Below, in pieces: positions 39,038-50,059 of a stretch of 64,000 nucleotides of DNA. The notes below the pieces were generated by a model. It was given only the letters and a program-made list of their open reading frames with translations, had not been told where the DNA came from and searched no databases. The stretch spans positions 896,001 through 960,000 of the forward strand of contig CAWJQQ010000009.1 of NCBI GenBank assembly GCA_963845065.1, read 5' to 3'. Position 1 is the stretch's first letter; every line of letters begins with the position of its first letter. The stretch comes from Nitrospirota bacterium (GTDB lineage: Bacteria > Nitrospirota > UBA9217). Position numbers and translations under genes: made by a program.

Positions 39038-41737
39038 GTGATGTTCAAAAAAATTCCGAGGAACGTAATACTCATATCGGCCGTTTGTGTGGCGTTTATT
39101 CTCCTTGCCAGTGTGCGCGAGGTTGTCTCCTTCATGGTGGACTGGAAGTTTTTCCAGGAGGTCGGCTTTAACGCGATCTTCACCAAGACATACGAGACAA
39201 AACTGCTGATTGGGCTTGTCTTTGGGGCGATAACCTTTCTCATGCTCTACATAAACCTCATCATAGCGGTGAAACGCAAGCTCCCGCTCGGCATGGTGAG
39301 TCCGATATGGGATAACATACCGCAGTTGCAGAACATTGATCTTAACCGCGTGATGAACGGGGTGTCGCTCCTCGTGGCCCTCGCTGGATCAGTGATTGCC
39401 TTTTCCATCGGTACGCAGTACTGGGACCAGGCGCTCCTGTTCCTAAACAGCATTCCTGCGGGAGTTGCGGATCCGCTCTTTGGCAGGGATATCTCATTCT
39501 TTCTCTTTCAATATCCATTTATAGACGCAATGAACACGATGGTGCGCAGCCTTCTCATAATTGCCGCTATCCTGGTATCGGTGATCTATTTGCTGCGGGG
39601 CGGCCTCGTTATATCCAACAGGTTCATCTCCGCGGCTCCCATTATGAAGCGGCACCTCGGTGTTCTGGCATCGCTGTTCTTTTTGAGCCTCGCGTACGGA
39701 TTTGTCCTTGATCGATTTGGCCTGCTCTTCAGCGAGCACAGCGTCCTGTACGGCGCCTCGTACACTGACGTACATGTCCGTCTTGTGATGTTGTCTGTTA
39801 TGGCAGTGCTCGCAATCGCAATGGCAATCGTTGTATCCATCTTTGCCACGCACCGCTCCCTTTCAGTGCCGCTCATCAGTCTGGTCGCGTTTGCAGCAGT
39901 GTACTTCGTGGGCCTGAAAATGTATCCTGCGGCGATACAAAACTTCAAGGTCTCGCCGAACGAGAGTGTGCTGGAACAGCCATATATCACGAACCACATA
40001 AAGTTCACCCGCCTGGGCTACGGCCTTGATAATATTGAAATGCAGCCCTTTGCTGCGAACAAACAGTTGACCTTTACGGACATTCGAAAGAATCTTCCCA
40101 CGATCCAGAACATCAAGCTTTGGGATGAAGAGCCGCTTCTCAAAACCTATAGCCAGTTGCAGCAAATTCGGACATACTACCATTTCCGAAGTGTGGACAA
40201 CGACCGCTACACTGTGAACGGCGATTATCTTCAGGTCATGCTCTCCCCACGGGAACTGTCCTACGCGGATCTTCCGGGAAAGTCATGGATCAACGAGCGG
40301 CTTGTTTTCACACATGGCTTCGGCTTAGCCATGGGGCCGGTAAGCGGCATCACTAAGGAGGGCCTGCCCGAGTTCTATATTAAGGACATCCCACCGACAA
40401 CAAGCGCAGGGCCGCAAGTGACCCGTCCCGAGATCTACTATGGCGAGAGCCCAAACGATTACGTGATCGTGAATACCAAGACCAAAGAGTTCAGCTACCC
40501 GACGACCAAGGAGAACGTCTATACGGCCTACTCCGGTCGCGGGGGCGTCCGGCTCACATCGACCCTGTCGCGGCTCCTCTATGCCGCATACTTCGGAAAC
40601 TTCAATATTTTCTTGTCTAGCGATGTGACGAACGAAAGCCGGATACTCTATAACCGCACCATCATGGACCGGGTAATGGAGATTGCACCGTTCCTGTCCT
40701 TTGATTCCGACCCGTACATGGTCATTCGCGACGACGGAAAATTGGCCTGGATTATCGACGCATACACGCAGAGCCGTAGTTTGCCTTATTCAAAGCCACT
40801 TCCGAGCGGGATCAACTATCTTCGCAACTCGATCAAGGTGGTCGTGGACGCTTATGACGGCAGTGTCGTGTTCTATGTTGTAGATCAGAAGGATATCATG
40901 GCAAAGACTTATGCCGCGATCTTCCCGACGCTTTTTAAGCCTCTCGCCGAGATGCCGGTTGACCTCAGGAGGCACATACGCTATCCGAGGGCGCTGCTCC
41001 AGATACAGGCACAGATGTTCAAGACCTTCCACATGACTGACCCCGCTGTGTTTTACAACAAGGAAGACCTCTGGGAGGTGCCATCATACCGACAGAAGAT
41101 CATGGACCCTTACTACCAGATCACGAAGCTTCCCGGCCATCAGGCGGAAGAGTTCATCCTGCTCCTGCCCTTTACGCCGTCGAAGAGGGACAACCTGGCT
41201 GCGTGGATGGCAGCACGGTGTGACGGAGAGAACTATGGCCAGGTCATTGTTTATACTTTTCCACGCGACCGACTGGTCTTCGGGCCGCGGCAGATCGACG
41301 CGCGTATCGACCAGGATGCCTATATCTCCCAGCAGCTGACACTCTGGGGCCAGCACGGCTCAGATGTGATCCGCGGAAGTCTCCTCATCATCCCAATCGA
41401 AGACTCGCTCATCTACGTACAGCCCCTGTACCTAGTGGCAACCGACAAGGGGGGCCTGCCGGAACTCCGTAGGGTTATCGTTGCGTATGGAAACGATGTC
41501 GTGATGGAAGAAACGCTCGAGGCCGCGATACAGCGTCTGTTCTCCGGCACGTTGCCGAGCATGAGTATGGTTGAGAAAGGCTCAGCCTCATCAGTTGCGC
41601 GGCAGCCCAAAGAGTTAAGTGCTCGGGCTCTGGAGCAACTGCACCAGGCTCGGGAGGCGATTCGGAAAGAGGATTGGGTCGGGTACGGGAAGTATCTGAA
41701 GGAGTTAGAAGAGACACTGCAGGAGATGGCGAAGTAG
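39038..41737 (+). CDS. UPF0182 family membrane protein
   Basis: 'DP.FGRDISFF', 'GASYTD', 'QLQQIRTYY', 'FTHGFG', 'PEIYYGE', 'NY.RNS.K', 'PELRRV'. Confidence 0.95.
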   Translation: MMFKKIPRNVILISAVCVAFILLASVREVVSFMVDWKFFQEVGFNAIFTKTYETKLLIGLVFGAITFLMLYINLIIAVKRKLPLGMVSPIWDNIPQLQNIDLNRVMNGVSLLVALAGSVIAFSIGTQYWDQALLFLNSIPAGVADPLFGRDISFFLFQYPFIDAMNTMVRSLLIIAAILVSVIYLLRGGLVISNRFISAAPIMKRHLGVLASLFFLSLAYGFVLDRFGLLFSEHSVLYGASYTDVHVRLVMLSVMAVLAIAMAIVVSIFATHRSLSVPLISLVAFAAVYFVGLKMYPAAIQNFKVSPNESVLEQPYITNHIKFTRLGYGLDNIEMQPFAANKQLTFTDIRKNLPTIQNIKLWDEEPLLKTYSQLQQIRTYYHFRSVDNDRYTVNGDYLQVMLSPRELSYADLPGKSWINERLVFTHGFGLAMGPVSGITKEGLPEFYIKDIPPTTSAGPQVTRPEIYYGESPNDYVIVNTKTKEFSYPTTKENVYTAYSGRGGVRLTSTLSRLLYAAYFGNFNIFLSSDVTNESRILYNRTIMDRVMEIAPFLSFDSDPYMVIRDDGKLAWIIDAYTQSRSLPYSKPLPSGINYLRNSIKVVVDAYDGSVVFYVVDQKDIMAKTYAAIFPTLFKPLAEMPVDLRRHIRYPRALLQIQAQMFKTFHMTDPAVFYNKEDLWEVPSYRQKIMDPYYQITKLPGHQAEEFILLLPFTPSKRDNLAAWMAARCDGENYGQVIVYTFPRDRLVFGPRQIDARIDQDAYISQQLTLWGQHGSDVIRGSLLIIPIEDSLIYVQPLYLVATDKGGLPELRRVIVAYGNDVVMEETLEAAIQRLFSGTLPSMSMVEKGSASSVARQPKELSARALEQLHQAREAIRKEDWVGYGKYLKELEETLQEMAK

Positions 41738-41955
41738 GTTCTTATTTCGGTTTGCGGGAATCCCGGCTGATGGAGCTAATTAAATAAGACCAATCGTATC
41801 GTTGCGATTAGATTCTAGTGCATTTATCTTATAGAATCTGCTTATATTGACTTTCAATTTTTGCAGACTCAGGATAGTCAAAGCGCGTGGGCACATCCTG
41901 TATTGAACAGATGTTGCATATTTGTGGAAATAGTAAAGTACATGTTGATATTGAT

Positions 41956-41981
41956 AAGGCCCTGGAGCCACTCAGGGCCTT
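41956..41981. terminator. hairpin between convergent genes
   Basis: AAGGCCCTG/CAGGGCCTT. Confidence 0.45.
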
Positions 41982-42136
41982 GGTCATTATAAATCAAAAG
42001 GTGCAAGCATTTGCTACAATCTCTTTAAATTTCAGTAAAACGCGGTAAAACGCCACAGGGCTCGATCTCCCCGATTCTGTATCAGTTCTTGATGGAAGAG
42101 TGACCATTCAAGGAAGGGATCTGTCTAATAGCGTTG

Positions 42137-44128
42137 CTAACTATTTTCTGAGAGAAGTGGGACTATTTCAGAGTCCTCCATGCATTCATCTTTTAATTTA
42201 TTAATGTTGTCAATCACATGTTGAGATATTGATTCTATTTCCGCGTAAAACTGCTCTGCTCTAGTCTTGCTGCCTGAATTATGGGCCGCGACAGCTTCCT
42301 TTGCCAGTTTATGAATTTTTTCGTGCGGCCCTTCCACTAATTTGTAGTTTACCATTTGTCCACATAATCTCAGGCCTTCTTTATCGTACCATTTCCCGAA
42401 TCGACAGTTATGGTGGTCAGGTAGTTGGTTCTGGTCCATAGATAGCTCTTCCCGCAGGCAGGAGGCAATTTTCCTGACGAATCCCCGATGATCATTTTTT
42501 GCCAATTCCAGCATGATTGCCGCACCGCCTTGCGTCCTTACGCCTGCTGTTGTAACCCTCATTTCATCAGAAACGGCGGCGAGCTTTGTTACTTCAGCGG
42601 CTACACTTTCCGCTAGCTTTTCGATCTCCTGCGCGATGGAAGAAGTTTCCTCTATGTTTTTAGCAACTTGATCTGTCATTGACGACTGTTCTTCAACAGC
42701 CACTGCGATTTTTGTTACCTCATCCTTTGCCTTTTGGATTTCCTTGACTATCGAATTAAGAGAATCACCAACGCTTCCTATGCTTTCCGCAGCCCCCGCC
42801 GACATGGTCGTAGCTTCTACCATAAATGCGGCCGTCTGATGGGATTCCGACTGCACGGTCTCAATTTTATTGGAGATTTCATCTGTCGCTTTAATGGTCC
42901 TCTCAGCGAGCTTCCTTACCTCATCGGCCACGACGGCAAAGCCTCTTCCTTGTTCTCCTGCACGTGCAGCTTCAATGGCAGCATTCAAGGCCAGCAGGTT
43001 TGTCTGATCAGCTATGTTCTTGATCATGATCACAATGCCGCCGATTTCTTCGACGCGGTTGTTGAGCTTCGCAACCATACTAGATAGCTCTACGGACGAT
43101 TTGTGCACCTCAAGAACGCTTGTAACGACGTGATCGGTTACTTCCTTACCTTTGCTTGCGATTGTAAGTGCATTAGTCGAAGTGTCGGCGGCAATTGCCG
43201 CATTTCTTGCAATATCACCAATACTCTGGCTCATCTCTTCTGATGCAGTTGCTATTTGTACGGACTGCTCTGTCTGTTGTTTAATGCCGCGTGAAGTTTT
43301 CTTCACTATGTCGTTAAGAATATCGACGAGGGGCAGCGTTTTGCTCGCTGTGAACATAACCATGTTGATCATAGTACTTAAATGTCGGATAAGTTTTAAA
43401 ACATTGTTGGACACATGGGATATTTCATTCCCTCCTTTATACGAGATGTCTATATCGGAATATTTATGGCTTATTTCACTGAGGTCACCGACGAATTTTA
43501 TAAGCGGCTTGAGCGTAAAGCTCAAAATAGCGAAAATGAGGACTATAATGGCACCGATACCCACAAAGCCGAAGAACAGAAACGTGTGCTGTAGAGTTCG
43601 TATCCTCTCTAGTGATTGCGTAATGGGAATTCTAATGCTCACTCCGCCCAGGACGTCTCCTTCTTTCACCTTGTGACAGGAGAGGCAGTTTTTCCCCATG
43701 AAATTGCTCCTGGCTGTATAGGGATAAACGCCACGAATATAATTTCCTTCTATCACCACTTGTTCGACTCCTCGTGTAACGACCAGCTTCTCGATCTCAT
43801 CTGTAGGGTAATTATATGAGTTGCCTCGTTCGGTCGGAAAGTCCCTATCAACATTGTCTGTTCGCATAACTTTAACGTCTGCTATTTTTTTCATCTGATC
43901 GAGGAAGGGCTCCTGCGACGCCCCGTAATTCCCGTTAATCATCATTGTAGTCAAAGCATTCAGTACGGTGTCCCGGTAGCCCTCTAGACCCGAGTGCTTT
44001 ATTTCTTCGATTACAATGGCCTTTGTTTTATACCCCATGATGGTAATGGTCACTGCCATCCCGATGGTGACTAAGAGAATTATCGGAAGGGCGGTTTGCC
44101 ATCTTAGTGATATGTTATTAAGCTTCAA
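42137..44128 (-). CDS. methyl-accepting chemotaxis protein with periplasmic CxxCH and C-terminal CZB
   Basis: '[34 protein letters not shown]'; 'CLSCH'; '[14 protein letters not shown]'. Confidence 0.95.
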   Translation of the reverse strand: MKLNNISLRWQTALPIILLVTIGMAVTITIMGYKTKAIVIEEIKHSGLEGYRDTVLNALTTMMINGNYGASQEPFLDQMKKIADVKVMRTDNVDRDFPTERGNSYNYPTDEIEKLVVTRGVEQVVIEGNYIRGVYPYTARSNFMGKNCLSCHKVKEGDVLGGVSIRIPITQSLERIRTLQHTFLFFGFVGIGAIIVLIFAILSFTLKPLIKFVGDLSEISHKYSDIDISYKGGNEISHVSNNVLKLIRHLSTMINMVMFTASKTLPLVDILNDIVKKTSRGIKQQTEQSVQIATASEEMSQSIGDIARNAAIAADTSTNALTIASKGKEVTDHVVTSVLEVHKSSVELSSMVAKLNNRVEEIGGIVIMIKNIADQTNLLALNAAIEAARAGEQGRGFAVVADEVRKLAERTIKATDEISNKIETVQSESHQTAAFMVEATTMSAGAAESIGSVGDSLNSIVKEIQKAKDEVTKIAVAVEEQSSMTDQVAKNIEETSSIAQEIEKLAESVAAEVTKLAAVSDEMRVTTAGVRTQGGAAIMLELAKNDHRGFVRKIASCLREELSMDQNQLPDHHNCRFGKWYDKEGLRLCGQMVNYKLVEGPHEKIHKLAKEAVAAHNSGSKTRAEQFYAEIESISQHVIDNINKLKDECMEDSEIVPLLSENS

Positions 44129-44196
44129 GTGGGTTCTCCATTAGACTCTTCATTGTTTTTACGACAGTTACTCTGATTCTCCACAGAACAATTATC

Positions 44197-44224
44197 TTAT
44201 CGGAATTTTGAATTAAAAACTTTA
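44197..44224 (-). promoter_or_regulatory. sigma28 promoter TAAAGTTT-N12-TCCGATAA
   Basis: Consensus match upstream of an MCP. Confidence 0.75.
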
Positions 44225-44450
44225 CAAGCTTTGAATTATGCAAGGACATCAGATGCTTTCCGGATGATTATCGATCATCTCTTGTTTTTACATTTCACAA
44301 TTATATCTGCCAAATTATTGACATATGCCTCTTATAAGCAGAAAAAAAACGAATTGACACGGACAAGCACAAATGTGTGATCATGAATAATTCCTTATAT
44401 TTCAAATGATAGTGTATATATATTTAAATCGAATAATTGCTTGAAATTTT

Positions 44451-44466
44451 TGGCATAGGAATTGCG
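44451..44466 (+). promoter_or_regulatory. sigma54 promoter TGGCAT-AGGAA-TTGCG
   Basis: -24/-12 spacing, 38 bp upstream of the receiver gene. Confidence 0.65.
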
Positions 44467-44503
44467 AAAATACAATTAAATTAATGCGTTAGGGGAGGGA
44501 AAA

Positions 44504-44938
44504 TTGATTTGCGTAAATGAAAAAGCTTCCTTAGTAGAAATAGAAAAGCTAAATATACTTGTTGTTGATGATGATATCGCAATTCGTGAGTATATCGGCG
44601 ATGCCCTCGGAACGATATTCTTTCGAATTCTTCACGCACGTGATGGTGTAGAAGCGTTAAGATTGATTGACTCTTCTCCCGAATTAATCGATGTGATGCT
44701 GCTAGACGTCATCATGCCGAAATTGAACGGCAATGAACTTGCTCGCGTCATTAAATCCTGGTATCCGAATATAAAAATAATTTTCATGTCGGGCTACCCC
44801 GATAATTTTAATGTAAATCAGGGAATTCCTTCAGGGGACATCAGTTTTCTCAAGAAACCTTTTACTGTGAAATGCCTTCTGAGGGCAGTAAAAGAGAGTT
44901 TGCAAGATAGAATGGCAAGCAATGTGGAGCCAGTTTAG
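44504..44938 (+). CDS. single-domain response regulator
   Basis: 'LVVDDD', 'LDVIMP', 'MSG', 'KPF'. Confidence 0.9.
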   Translation: MICVNEKASLVEIEKLNILVVDDDIAIREYIGDALGTIFFRILHARDGVEALRLIDSSPELIDVMLLDVIMPKLNGNELARVIKSWYPNIKIIFMSGYPDNFNVNQGIPSGDISFLKKPFTVKCLLRAVKESLQDRMASNVEPV

Positions 44939-45039
44939 GAGTTTGCTGCCGTCAAATATGGCAAGGATGCGTTGTGAAAAAATTTGAAGGATTGACCGCA
45001 TCAATGGCGAAGGAATGCAACTTGCTCTCATAAGACATT

Positions 45040-45345
45040 ATTTCTAAAGAGTGCTTCTTGGGTCTTGCCAGAAAGAACGTGAAGGAGGGATACAAGAGGA
45101 AATATGACAAGAGGTTTTAATTGTTAAATTGGACTTACAAGCTCTTGAAATTGTCAGCGTTAATGAAAACATTCTGAAACGGGCAGGAACAGTAGTCCTG
45201 CACTACTCCTGCAGGAGATGAATGCTGCTCACATTGCATCGGGACTTGTATTTCAAGAGACGACAGATTTTGAACTTGATTATGTTAACTCTGATACAAG
45301 ACAGAGTGGATCCGCAGGGCGGTCAGGTTTGAAGATATTTGGTTA
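45040..45345 (+). pseudogene. VapC/PIN toxin remnant
   Basis: 'ILKRA...', 'NAAHIASGL', 'YVNSDTRQ' resemble the PIN C-terminus; stops and frameshifts; boundaries approximate. Confidence 0.5.
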
Positions 45346-45403
45346 TTTAATTATGCGAGGGGATATGTACCCGCGCTGGTGCTCGTCCAATGCAGCATAG
45401 TCA

Positions 45404-45512
45404 CCAAATCGCTTGCCGAAAGGGTGCATAGTTGTCCTTTCTGTGAGACCGTTCTGGACCGTGACCACAACGCTGCAATAAATATTCTGAAAAATCTACG
45501 GTAGTAACTACC
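45404..45512 (+). pseudogene. tnpB 3' fragment
   Basis: Aligns to about 34841-34950 ('C.FC.TVL.RDHNAAINIL'). Confidence 0.75.
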
Positions 45513-45884
45513 GCCGCTTCACCACCACGCAAATTGGAATTATGGATGTAACACTGCGGCATGTGTTTGATAGAATGGAAGGTTCGAAAAACAAGCAGTG
45601 TCACAGCGATGAACGGTGCCTCTCCGTCATCTAATCGACAGACAAACTGCTCGCGATATCAGCCAGAGAGTCGTTAGATGCAGAAAATATTTTTAGGGCC
45701 GCAGCGCGGGTTATTGTAACGGATTTATTGCCACTGATTACGACCAGAGGGAAGGACGGAGTGAGGGGTCAGATTAACTTCCCGCCAACTTGGTGTGAGT
45801 ATCGATCTCGTATGAGATTTGATTTGACAGCACTGTCTTTTTCAGGAATAATCGTATATTATCAAATTTCAAAATTGCCGTCCG

Positions 45885-46267
45885 AGATTCTTGCCTGATC
45901 TTTTCTGGACTCCCCAGGTCCGGGAAACGCTCTTGCGGGACGAACGAGTCCTGTTTGCCTATCTTGGCCTTGCGTCGGGCCGTGCGAATCCGCTTCCGAT
46001 GTGGACATCTCAGGTCATATTGTTTCTGAGAGGGGCATGAGGACGCCGACAGGGTCTGCAGATGCCTTCAGCGGGCTTGTAGGAAAATAGCGTTATTGAC
46101 AAGAACCTTTTCGCAAACCTGGAACGGATGGGGCAATATTCAGGAACGTGGTCGTCCATCAGTATGAAGGCGTAGACGCGGAGATCGAGATCTCAATTCT
46201 GGCAAAGCATCTGAACGACTTTGAACAGTATCGGGACACCTTCCTGGCATATGTCAACAATTCTTGA
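45885..46267 (+). pseudogene. collapsed MntA (nucleotidyltransferase) / HepT (DUF86 HEPN) remnant
   Basis: 'VLFAYLG..ASGRA.P..DVDI' joined to 'HIVSERGMRTP...FRNVVVHQY..VD.EI'. Confidence 0.7.
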
Positions 46268-46382
46268 GTATAAGCCTTCCCTCGGTGCAATAATTTGAAA
46301 ATTCTCATGATAGGTCCCTATATACTAGCCCCGCGCGATTCGCGACCTGCTAAGTCGCTGAGGTAGCTTTACTAGGAAGACT

Positions 46383-46799
46383 ATGAGTATAATTCTTTCA
46401 GACAATCTCTCTGCGGGACGTTCCGATAGCATATTGTATCGGTTCGCTAAATATTTTTTTGTCGGCGGAGTCGCTGCGTTGACTGAGTGGCTGATTTTTG
46501 CCGGCATAGTTTATGGTCTGAGACTGCACTATATCCTTGCCGCTGTCATCGCTTTTGTTTTTGCAACGGCCGTAAATTATATGCTGGGTCTCGTATTCGT
46601 ATTTGGCCGCCGACTGCCCCGATACCATGATATTCTCATGGTGTATCTTGTAAGCAGCGCTGGCCTGCTGATTAATTTAGCAGCGCTCACACTGTTCGTT
46701 GAATGGTTTCACCTTCACATTATTCTTGCCAAGGTCCTTGCAACAGGAACTGCTTTTATTTGGAATTTTGTAATAAGACATTATTGGCTCTATAGATGA
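46383..46799 (+). CDS. GtrA family flippase-like protein
   Basis: 'RFAKYFFVGG', four TM helices, 'AKVLA..WNF'. Confidence 0.9.
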   Translation: MSIILSDNLSAGRSDSILYRFAKYFFVGGVAALTEWLIFAGIVYGLRLHYILAAVIAFVFATAVNYMLGLVFVFGRRLPRYHDILMVYLVSSAGLLINLAALTLFVEWFHLHIILAKVLATGTAFIWNFVIRHYWLYR

Positions 46800-47510
46800 T
46801 GATAGCGTGCGAATAGGATTCAATGGATCGTTTAGACGAAATGGTGTGCGTTAGTGGCGCTCCCGTATGATTTAATTTAAAAGGTAATCCATTTTCAGAA
46901 ATAGTAGGACCGCGGTGCACGAACATGAAAATTCTCATGATAGTCCGCCATGTACCAGCCCCGCGCGCGGTCCAGGCCGGCGAGCGCGAGGTATATTATC
47001 CCCTGCTGTTTTACTCATACACTAAGTTTCATGTAACTAATACATTATATGTGATAACAAATGTAAATATTAACATGCGATGTTATCAACCCTTCGCCAC
47101 TGATATGCATTACGATCTTGGAATCACAAATTTTTTAGGAACGCAATAACTAGACCATCGCTGAATTTTAATCTGAGTGAATCTCAAACCCGATAGCGCG
47201 GACGTTCGCCGCAACCTTGAAATGCCTCACGCGCGATGGAAGGCAGCAGGAAAGGGAGGTGACCGCGTGTGAGCAATTATTTAGTATTGCCATATGTAGA
47301 TACAATGGACAGAGGCAGTGTACATATGCAAGGAAGAGTCATATAAACAGTCAAAAGTGATAAGATAAAGACTTTTATGGACTTTTTACGTTTATAATTA
47401 GCATGGGATATGGAGTAGGAAAAACATGAGCAGTGTGGAGAGCTCGCTAAATAAAAGTACTGAAAATGGTTCACTATGGCAAGATCAAGGACTGGTTATT
47501 TAAATATATT

Positions 47511-47906
47511 TCAGACTGAAATCATATGCTGCCCTGCGTTGTTAGGAAGAATATTGTTGTGCTGACTGATCATCGAAACAAATTTTCGATAGTCAATTGG
47601 CTTTTCAAAGAATGCATCGGCGCCAGCAGCAAGAAATGAACTTCCCATCGTTTCACAACTTAAACCAACAATATAGGAATCTGCGAAGCGGTAACGCATC
47701 AGTCTCGATAAATCAGCCCCATTCATTTCAGGCATGTCATAATCGGTCACAATAATATCAAATTTGCGTTTCAGAGAGAGGAGTATTGCATCAGTAGGCT
47801 TATTACAGTACGATACGATGAAACCTTCCTTTTCAAAAAAACGCCGAAGGATGGTACCGAAAAGTTCCTCATCGTCTACAATCAGAATTGATTTTCCCAT
47901 TTTCAT
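47511..47906 (-). CDS. single-domain response regulator
   Basis: 'LIVDDE', 'TDYDMPEMNG', 'AGADAFFEKP'. Confidence 0.9.
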   Translation of the reverse strand: MKMGKSILIVDDEELFGTILRRFFEKEGFIVSYCNKPTDAILLSLKRKFDIIVTDYDMPEMNGADLSRLMRYRFADSYIVGLSCETMGSSFLAAGADAFFEKPIDYRKFVSMISQHNNILPNNAGQHMISV

Positions 47907-47973
47907 ATATTATCAATACCTTACGTTAAAAAATTATGGTAAGTTAGATTTCATTTATCCTTGCCACATTTAT

Positions 47974-48001
47974 TTATCGGCATATAGAGTTAAAAACTTG
48001 A
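47974..48001 (-). promoter_or_regulatory. sigma28 promoter TCAAGTTT-N12-GCCGATAA
   Basis: Consensus match. Confidence 0.7.
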
Positions 48002-48107
48002 ATGTTTTAATTATTTTATTTGTGGGGGAATAAATATATTCCCATTACGTAATCATATATTCCTTAAAAAGCCATAATAGCGTAAATAACTCCTTTGTAT
48101 ATTTAAT

Positions 48108-48123
48108 AGCAATTTATATGCCA
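48108..48123 (-). promoter_or_regulatory. sigma54 promoter TGGCAT-ATAAA-TTGCT
   Basis: Exact -24/-12 spacing. Confidence 0.65.
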
Positions 48124-49054
48124 ATTTATCAATTAAATTACCATTATTGAATAAATTGGTATTAACATACTGAAATTTAATATTATTATTTATTAATTTG
48201 CATTAATTATTTGACAAGTTAATTCGAGTTATTTAAAATTGTAATTGGCGTATGTCAATTAATTGTCGCGGAGTGTGAGTGAGAATAATTGGGTCCTTTA
48301 AATGCGACATGAGGTAACTGGTCTAGATACAAATTTGTCGTTCTAAGGTAAACGAACTAAACACCTTATTATTGCTCAGTCGGTTGTAAATTGGGTGCTT
48401 ATATGATTTATAGCGTTATATTATGTAAAATTAGGGTATATTGTGCATCTATCCAAAAAATACTCCCCGAGAGCTGTTGACTTTTTCTTTTAAATAATAT
48501 AAAATTATCTTGACAAAAAGTAGTTGAAAAATCTTTTTATTATTGTAATTGAGTTGGCCAGGTAATTCGGGTAAAAAAGTGTAATTTTGGCGAAAACAAT
48601 GTTTCTGGTGATCGCCAGACATTGCATCGTAATCAAAGATCTCGCCAGTTATTTCAAATTCTGTAACTCATTAGAAAATGTTGTTGAAAAAGCCTGAGTA
48701 ACCATTGGAGACAAAATATGCGTTTGATGCCAGTAAATAATACAGGATGCAATATATATCACTAAATTGCATAATAAACAAGCTAATGGGCGTTGTGAAA
48801 ACTACCTTGACATGAATGGGTGGACAGAGATAAGCTTTACCAAGCTTATTCTTTTAATAGCGCCTTAATATATCTTACGCCGCATATTCGTGATGGATAT
48901 ATAGATTACCATCATGTGGCATGGTAAAATTATATATAAAAAACTGATAAGCAATATTCCGGATGAAATTTATCGATTGAAATTATGATACTGTGCAAGG
49001 TTACTATTATGAAGATGCTTCACGATATTATAGCGCTGGCGGTAAATTAACCTA

Positions 49055-50059
49055 ATGAAAGAACTCTTATTTTGTACAGATAAAAGATTGCGTGTTTGTT
49101 CATGGGAAAAAGAGATTGCAGAATTTACTGGACGACCTGCGTCTTTAACGATGGGGAATAAATATTATGAGATTTTCCCTCGAATGGTTGTGAACGAGAA
49201 GGACGCGATTACCAAGGTCATCGAGACGAAGAAGGCCTTGACATTAAAAAAATATTCATTCCCTTGTGTTGCTGGCAGTTTTACGGCTGACATAAAAATA
49301 AAACCAAGGAAATCTGCCACCGATTCCATTGATATGGTAGAAGTCGCCATTTACCCTTTTTCGACATGTGAGATGGCTCAGAAACTGCAGCAATCGCAGA
49401 AACTGATCGATATCGGGAAAATAGCGTCCACGCTGGCTCATGGTGTGAGAAATCCCCTGAATGCCATTAAGGGCGCGGTCGTCTATCTCAGTGAAAAATA
49501 CAGTCATGAAGCGCCGCTTGTTGAATTTACCAAGATCATGGAGGATGAAATCTCTCGTCTTGAGAATTTTATCTCGAAATTTCTCAGCTCGTCCGTTTCG
49601 GATACAGAAGATAAGGAAACAGACATTAATTCCTTGCTGAAGAAAATAGAGGTTTTTATTTCGCTGCAGATTTATACACGGAACATCCAGTCTTTGTTTG
49701 AGTTCGGGAAAATACCACCCGTCATCATTAATTCGTTTCACCTGGAGCAAGCGATTCTCAATGTCATCAATAACGCTATAGATGCCATGGGTAACGGCGG
49801 CCAGTTGAGGATCGGCACATCTGCAGAAGAACGCGGCGGGAAGATTTACGTCGTGGTTTCCGTTGCCGATACAGGTCAGGGGATGGCGCATAAACGCATC
49901 GGCGAGCTTTCTTCAGATCAAGAGGGCAACGGAAGAGGTTTCGGCCTCTTCATCACTTACGAAATATTAAAGCATTACCATGGCCATCTGGAGATTGACA
50001 GCAAAATGAATTGTGGAACGACGATCAAGCTTTTCATTCCATCTCGATCCAAAGTGTGA
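49055..50059 (+). CDS. PAS-like sensor histidine kinase, copy B
   Basis: Kinase core near-identical to copy A; N-terminus divergent. Confidence 0.93.
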   Translation: MKELLFCTDKRLRVCSWEKEIAEFTGRPASLTMGNKYYEIFPRMVVNEKDAITKVIETKKALTLKKYSFPCVAGSFTADIKIKPRKSATDSIDMVEVAIYPFSTCEMAQKLQQSQKLIDIGKIASTLAHGVRNPLNAIKGAVVYLSEKYSHEAPLVEFTKIMEDEISRLENFISKFLSSSVSDTEDKETDINSLLKKIEVFISLQIYTRNIQSLFEFGKIPPVIINSFHLEQAILNVINNAIDAMGNGGQLRIGTSAEERGGKIYVVVSVADTGQGMAHKRIGELSSDQEGNGRGFGLFITYEILKHYHGHLEIDSKMNCGTTIKLFIPSRSKV

